From the human T2T-CHM13v2.0 reference genome, Homo sapiens, in NCBI RefSeq assembly GCF_009914755.1, contig NC_060931.1: a stretch of 64,000 nucleotides of DNA; one strand, written 5' to 3'. Below, piece after piece: positions 57,117-64,000 of the stretch. The translations under genes were made by a program, and so were the position numbers. The first letter of the stretch is position 1. Each line of letters starts with the position of its first letter. The notes below the pieces were generated by a model. That model searched no databases. It was not told where the DNA came from and worked only from the letters and a program-made list of their open reading frames with translations.

Positions 57117-57559
57117 TTAAGATTTTTAAAGTGAGAATATATACTTAGAAGCTTATTTTCATCTCCCAAGCAAGAGAACAATAAAACCAAACAGAACAAA
57201 ACTAATAACAAACAATAAGCCTCATCAGGGGAGATGATTTTCCTTAGGTGTTACTCTTAGGCTCCAGATGAGCACACCCAGCATACATTTCAAATAAGTG
57301 GATAAAAAAAAGACCAGAAATTGCCATTTATCACGCTTCAACTCTTTCTGAATAAAAAATAAGTTTTACAAAAAACATTTTTAAGATTTTTAAGGAAATT
57401 TATTCAATGATTTAACCTTGGAAGTGTCTCTCCTTTTGGAATATATTGTACAATAGAAAATTTTCCAGAGTCTCCATTTTAAAATCAGCATTAAGATACT
57501 GCCCTGGTTAGAAATGTACTTAAAGCATCATTATCAATAGAATATACCTTGGAAAGGAT

Positions 57560-57765
57560 ACAGAGTGATAGCCAAGCACTTGACTTTTGGAAATAGGCTG
57601 TCTTGGTTAAGTAGCTCAGCCACTAATAATCTTTGTGCCTCAGTTTCCTCATAGAAACTAACCTATTTCATGGGGTCATGAGAAGATTTGAGATTATAGC
57701 CATAAAGCACTTACTGCAATTCCTAGAATAATGTAAGAGCTCAATTAATGTTAGTCATTATTATG
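57560..57765 (+). mobile_element. MIR
   Basis: 'ctttgtgcctcagtttcctcat...cataaagcactta...gagctcaattaatgttagtcattatt'. Confidence 0.75.
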
Positions 57766-57843
57766 CTGACTTCTAAGAAACTGCTTACTCTTTCATTCCC
57801 AGACTTCAAATACATCTTTAAAAATGTAAAAACCACCAATTAA

Positions 57844-58197
<354 letters not shown>

Positions 58198-59473
58198 CAA
58201 AGATAGAGGTTTTCTATTCTAAAATATTAATTTTACTCTACCAGCCTTTTTGTTTGTCTACAAAATTAGCTTTTCTTTCTTTGTTACAAGAGCTACCAAT
58301 AGTTAATCCATCCTCGCTGTACCCTATCATTATATTGCCCATCATTTCACACATTTGTCTTCCTCCTACTGCTCTCAGTTCAAAAGACCCCCTACCAAAC
58401 AAACTATTATTAGCTTCCAGGATTCCACTTTTACTGTTTTTTCAGTCTTCAGTCAGGACCTAATGGACTCAAACAGAGTCTACTATACCGTTTATATATT
58501 GCTTGTATTACTCAGGTTTGGTTTTAAAGGCTCATAGCAAAATGTTCATTTTGACCATATCCAATATGTTGCTATTTTAACAACATTCTCTCAGGTGCAT
58601 AATCATTCAAAAAAGAACAACAAAGTGAAAATTTCATTGATACAATTATTTTATTTACTATTTGTAATAGGCCAAGAAAAGGGAACGGTGAAAGCAAGAA
58701 GATTTTTACCCATAACATACAGAGCTTACTGTTGATTAGAATTCCAAAATCAAAGCAAGCCCTTAATTAATAGACCCTTTAAATTATTTTATTTTGTGGC
58801 TGAATTACCACACTGATACTTACTCATTTAATTATGCCCTGGCCCAGAGAACTGACATTTTTACTGGCAGGTTATGAAATGTTTGTTAAAGCTATGAAGT
58901 CTAATTATAAAAGCCTTCTTTCAGAGGTTCACAAAGGATGGAGAAGAACTAGAAAATTATCTCCCTGGTACCAAAGGAAGAGTTATAAAACAAATGAAAA
59001 CAAATAGAGTGAAATCACATGAATGATACATGTGTAGGTAGTTTAGAGTACACACGGATGGGAGGCTGGGCATAGAATACACAGCAGAAAATGCAAGGAT
59101 TGGTCTGGTGCAATCCTTTGGGTCTTTATAGAAAATGCTATGATTTACTTTTTTTTCTTCAATGGGGTTGGCTGTGACTGAAGTTTCATGATTGCTAATA
59201 TGTTATCATTACTCAAATAATTAGACTTGGGAGCAATAGATTTTTAAAATTAGCTATCTCAAAGAAAGTGTCATTATAATCATCTAATTATCCTTTGAGG
59301 TAACTTATGTACACATGCTGTAAACGTTCAATATCTTACTCCCATGGGTGCTGCCTCCATGTTTATAGTTTAAAACTGATAGCATTATAAGAATCTGTGA
59401 TGACAACTTAGAGAGCACAATTTGTTTATTTCTTCAGAAATCTGAAAGTAATGTTCAGAAAGTAAGAACTCAC

Positions 59474-59795
<322 letters not shown>

Positions 59796-61379
59796 TTACG
59801 GATTAAACTCAAAAATTAATATGTAGTTTCAGCTAAGGTGGTAAAACTCATATTTACATTTAATTTATTCACATATCAATACAGTATTTCTCTAGCCTAA
59901 ATGCCACCAAACATTTAGCTATATTCAATCAACAAGATTGCTTAGCCAGATAAATAATTACCACCTTTATCAGAATAAGATGCCCTCCTATAATAATCAG
60001 CCTGTAGGAGCAAATGACTTTTTCAAAAACATAATTGTGTTAAATAAGTCTCTAAAGAGACTGATCACTCTAGCAACAACACAGAACAGTATTTGAACTA
60101 TAAAATAACTCTTCTTTGTTACTCTTTATTACATATACAAGTATATCATCAAGAAACTGCCCAGAAAGAGGTGGGCAGGACACTTACAGGTGGGCCTGAA
60201 GGTTCGGGTCAGTAAAAGAAAAATGACTCAGATATTCTTGATCTCTAGGCCTCATCTTGCCCACTTCTAGGCCTACCTATGCTATATGCCTATTAGCCCT
60301 GTTCCAGTTCATGGGAGGGAAGTACAGTACTCTTCCTGTCCCCTCAGAGTCCAAGCAAGGTGTTCTTTGCCGAGAGTGAATAATCAATCTCTTCTCCGTG
60401 TCCTCTCCTTTTAGCTGAGCCTTTGCTTCAGAGTAGCTCCTTGTATCTCCTTTTGGTTGAGTAACTCCTTTCCAAATAGCTCCATTTGGTAGGAGACTTT
60501 GTTTTTTGCTTTCTTGACTCTCTGCTTCACCTTAATTAAAATTACCCCAGCCTCAGCAATTCCCTAGGAAGAGACCCCTGATAGGAAGATTAGTAGAGAA
60601 TTAATTGATTAGTTGGCATATTTGTCTTAATAATTAGAAAGTTCATCTTTTTTAAAGAAGATCACACATCCAACATAATTATGTGGCTATCTTTATTCAT
60701 CAGCTTAAAGTTTTCAAGCTGGGTTTATTTCACGTGTAAACTTACAATTGCAAAAACTAACAAAATTCCTCAAAACTACTCTTGCTATTTCTAGGTAGAA
60801 GTCTTTTCAACTAGGCAGATAGGTGCCTCATTATTCTTAGAAAACTCTAAGGACTACCTGCACTTATTTTATAACCCAATTAATGTATCTTCTCACTACC
60901 ATTGGAAAGAAATATTTCTCTTTTCTTATGCTTGATATATTTTTAAGTATGATACATTTTGAAGTGTGTTTCCTTTTCTAGTTTTACTACCTGGTTAATA
61001 GAAAAAAAAATACTACATCTGCCTACACTTATATTCTTAATCATAAGACTGCCCTGAAGGGAAGGTATTCAAAAAAAACAAAAACTGCTCTTAATACCAT
61101 GATATTAGTATATTGAAATAAGAACCATGATTAAGAAATATTAATATACAAAGAGTAATCTTTTTCTGAGAGTGAGAACTGGAACAAAATGAGAACAAAA
61201 TTACTCAAAATGAGAAATAATACTTGAACTTGAAATTCTTGTGTTGTGTCCCCCAGCAGTGTAGATAAGGATAAGGCCTTTGGCTTTACCTGGACCTACC
61301 CTGGATAAAAGGGGAAAGAGAAATAAAATAAGAAATTTAATTTAAGCAAAAATGTTCTTCTTCTTCCTAAAAAATAATA

Positions 61380-61740
61380 TATTCAGTCAGTTGCTCTATC
61401 TACCAAGTCATTTAATAAATATGTATTGAGTCAGTATATAAAACTTTGTGAAATCCCATAAAGTACAAGAAGAAATACAAGAAAACTATAAATACTTCAA
61501 GGAAATACTACAGAGAGTACTACAAGAGTTCAGAAGAAGGAAACCACATATGATTAGCCTGCATAGATGTGAATGCCTTTCAGATAGGCCCCAAAACATA
61601 AATTGGATTTTCACCAAAGGAGTTAACGTGGAGGGCATCCTGAATAGCTGGGAGGAAATGACTCTATGCGGAACTACAAAAGCAAAGTGTGGAAAGAAGA
61701 AAGCAATGGCTTATTCAGAGAAAGAGAGACGAAAATGAAG
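61380..61740 (-). mobile_element. L2 remnant
   Basis: 'tcatttaataaatatgtattgagt' tail, followed by purine-rich L2-like text. Confidence 0.5.
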
Positions 61741-62063
61741 AAAAAAAAGGAAAGACATAAGAAAGACACTTTGAGTTTAAAGCATGCCGCAATTCAATGG
61801 GAGGAGTAGGAAATAGGCTGGAATCCGAATTGAACCAGGTCAAAACATTGTTGAATATCAAACCCAATCTATTTAATCTGTAAGAAACAAGGACCCTGAG
61901 AAAGATTCTGACCAAGGGTATGTGATCGGAAACTTGACAGATAAATGTAGTATACTTGTAAAGCCATACTGTGAAAAACTTGGGGATTATTTGAACACAA
62001 ATTATCACCTGGAAAAAGACAGAAAACAAGGCAGAAGACTGTGCAAAGAGGTTGGAATATTCA

Positions 62064-62416
<353 letters not shown>

Positions 62417-62503
62417 CTATAAACGAAACTAAGGTAATCATTAAATCATCCTAAGCATTTGTATTGCCATTTTGACAGTCTTCATCTTGATCTATTAAAC
62501 CAG

Positions 62504-62558
62504 ATCTCTCTGTCTCTCTCTCTGTCTCTATCTCTATCTCTCTCTCTCTCTCTTTCTC
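62504..62558. repeat. (TC)n microsatellite, interrupted
   Basis: Directly visible. Confidence 0.9.
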
Positions 62559-62690
62559 AACTTTCTGGGGGAATTATAAGGAAGAGTCAGGGAACCCTAA
62601 TCTGGAAGATTTATTTTATAAAATAATAGTTCATAGATTTTCCTTTAAAGAGCAAACAACTTTTTCCTTCAAAGAGCAAACAATAATTAC

Positions 62691-63000
62691 GGCCGGATGC
62701 AGTGCCTCACGCCTGTAATCCAAGCAGTTTGGAAAGCAGAGGCAGGTGGATTGCTAGAGTCCAGGAGTTCATGACCAGCCTAGGCAATGTGGCAAAAGCC
62801 TGTCTCTACAAAAAACACACAAAAAATAGCCAGGTGTGGTGGTGCACACCTGTGGTCCCAGATGTTCAGGAGGATGAAGTGACAGAATCACTTAGGCCAG
62901 GGAGGCGGAGGCTGCAGTGAGCTGAGATCACACCACTGCACTCCAGCCTAGGCAACAGAGTGGGACCCTGTCCACTACCACCCAAAAAAAAGGGGGGGTG
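62691..63000 (+). mobile_element. AluJ
   Basis: Diverged J-type Alu; TSD gcaaacaataatta (62676-62689 / 63001-63014). Confidence 0.9.
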
Positions 63001-63290
63001 GCAAACAATAATTATTGCCACCATCATAAAAATATAAATGTTTTCATATACATAATGGATGAATAAAATGATGTTAAAAACTCAATTTAAAAAATAATTG
63101 TTACACACAGTGGGGTCTGGTTGAAAAAGAAGAGCAATTCTAAAGGTAAAGGATAATAACATGTTAGATTTGTGGATTCCATGGGGCTTCTGCTATTTAT
63201 GTCTGCCCACTGCATTTCCCATCTCCTGCTCTGTCCTTGTGTGGACTACCGGTCTCATTCCATGTGCTCTGGTAGAGTTCTCAATCCTCA

Positions 63291-64000
63291 TGACGGCAGC
63301 CCATCTAGAGCAGAGGCTGCCATGACACCAGCTTCAGTGGAGGATGTGTTTCCAGGACTGCGCTCTCCACAGAGCTGGCAGGAGCTGGAAGCAGCCAGAA
63401 GCCCCGCCCTTCCAGGCACAGCTGCAGCCACCCAAGTGGCGGCTCCAAACCCAGGCATTTCTGCACTCTTGGAGGCCAGGAAAGGCCCCCTGTCTCTGCA
63501 GGCTCAGAGGTGCCTGCTGTCACTGCCTCGCCTCTCCTTGCTCCCTGCACTTGCTCCGATCTTGGAGTGGAGTTGAGGCCTAGCCCGGGTGCTGTCACAA
63601 TCAGGCTGAGTGTGCACACAATAAGGGCAGCACTGACATACCAGCACCCTGCTGCCTCAGCCCCCTCCAGGCTTTGGGTGCCAATGAGCATGGGAGGGAG
63701 GCTGAGTGGGGCCTGAAGGCAGCTTGGTGCTGGCCTGCAGGCACCCCACAGCACAAACAGCCTGGGTGCCATGAACTGTGGCAGGAGGCAGACGCGCTCC
63801 TGAGTGGAAGGGGGTGGGTCCCTAGCAAGGCCCCACCTTCAAGCTGGGGAGGGCCTGAAGCCCTCCAGGGGCCAGGCTGCTGGTCGTGCAAACCAGAATG
63901 GGAACTTGTGGTACCTTCCAGCCCTGCCTATGGCCACCCTTGGACAAACTGGTGCACACTTCCTCCCCTCTGAGGCCCACAAGAACCCCAGACTCACCCA
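63291..64000 (+). mobile_element. MER52A-like ERV1 LTR, continues past window end
   Basis: Abrupt GC-rich block 'tgacggcagc...gctgccatgacaccagct...cagctgcagccaccc...gcagcactgacataccagc...ggcctgcaggcaccc' matching recalled MER52A with CpG decay. Confidence 0.88.

Noticed and set aside
58254-58537. C/A-rich stretch superficially like mitochondrial DNA
   Set aside because: Translations match no mitochondrial protein I recognise.
61448-62029. 96-aa and 104-aa ORFs
   Set aside because: Overlap or adjoin L2-like sequence; no coding signature.
63172-63973. Six overlapping ORFs of 68-155 aa
   Set aside because: They lie in a GC-rich MER52 LTR where stops are rare; no protein similarity recognised.

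Overview
Primate genomic DNA, probably human or another catarrhine (AluY, AluS and AluJ are all present). It is AT-rich, CpG-depleted and dominated by transposon fossils. It contains 11 Alus, several L1M fragments, L2/MIR remnants, a near full-length Tigger1 interrupted by MER30, MER33, a deleted MADE1, five MaLR LTRs and three ERV1-type LTRs (MER52A-like at the right edge). I recognise no protein-coding exon, RNA gene or CpG-island promoter. The ORF track consists of repeat-derived or chance ORFs. In lines counted by hand, the + strand has A>T and C>G, which suggests the window lies inside an intron of a large minus-strand gene that I cannot name. I found no convincing novel biological system. 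The best leads are: two L1MA copies 19 kb apart sharing apparently non-consensus substitutions, a ~36-bp-stem hairpin at 5.9 kb, a perfect 44-bp tandem duplication, a CpG-retaining AT-rich patch at 47.1-47.5 kb, and a few cryptic exon candidates. Repeat subfamily names come from recalled consensus sequences, not a database search. Boundaries of old repeats are approximate.
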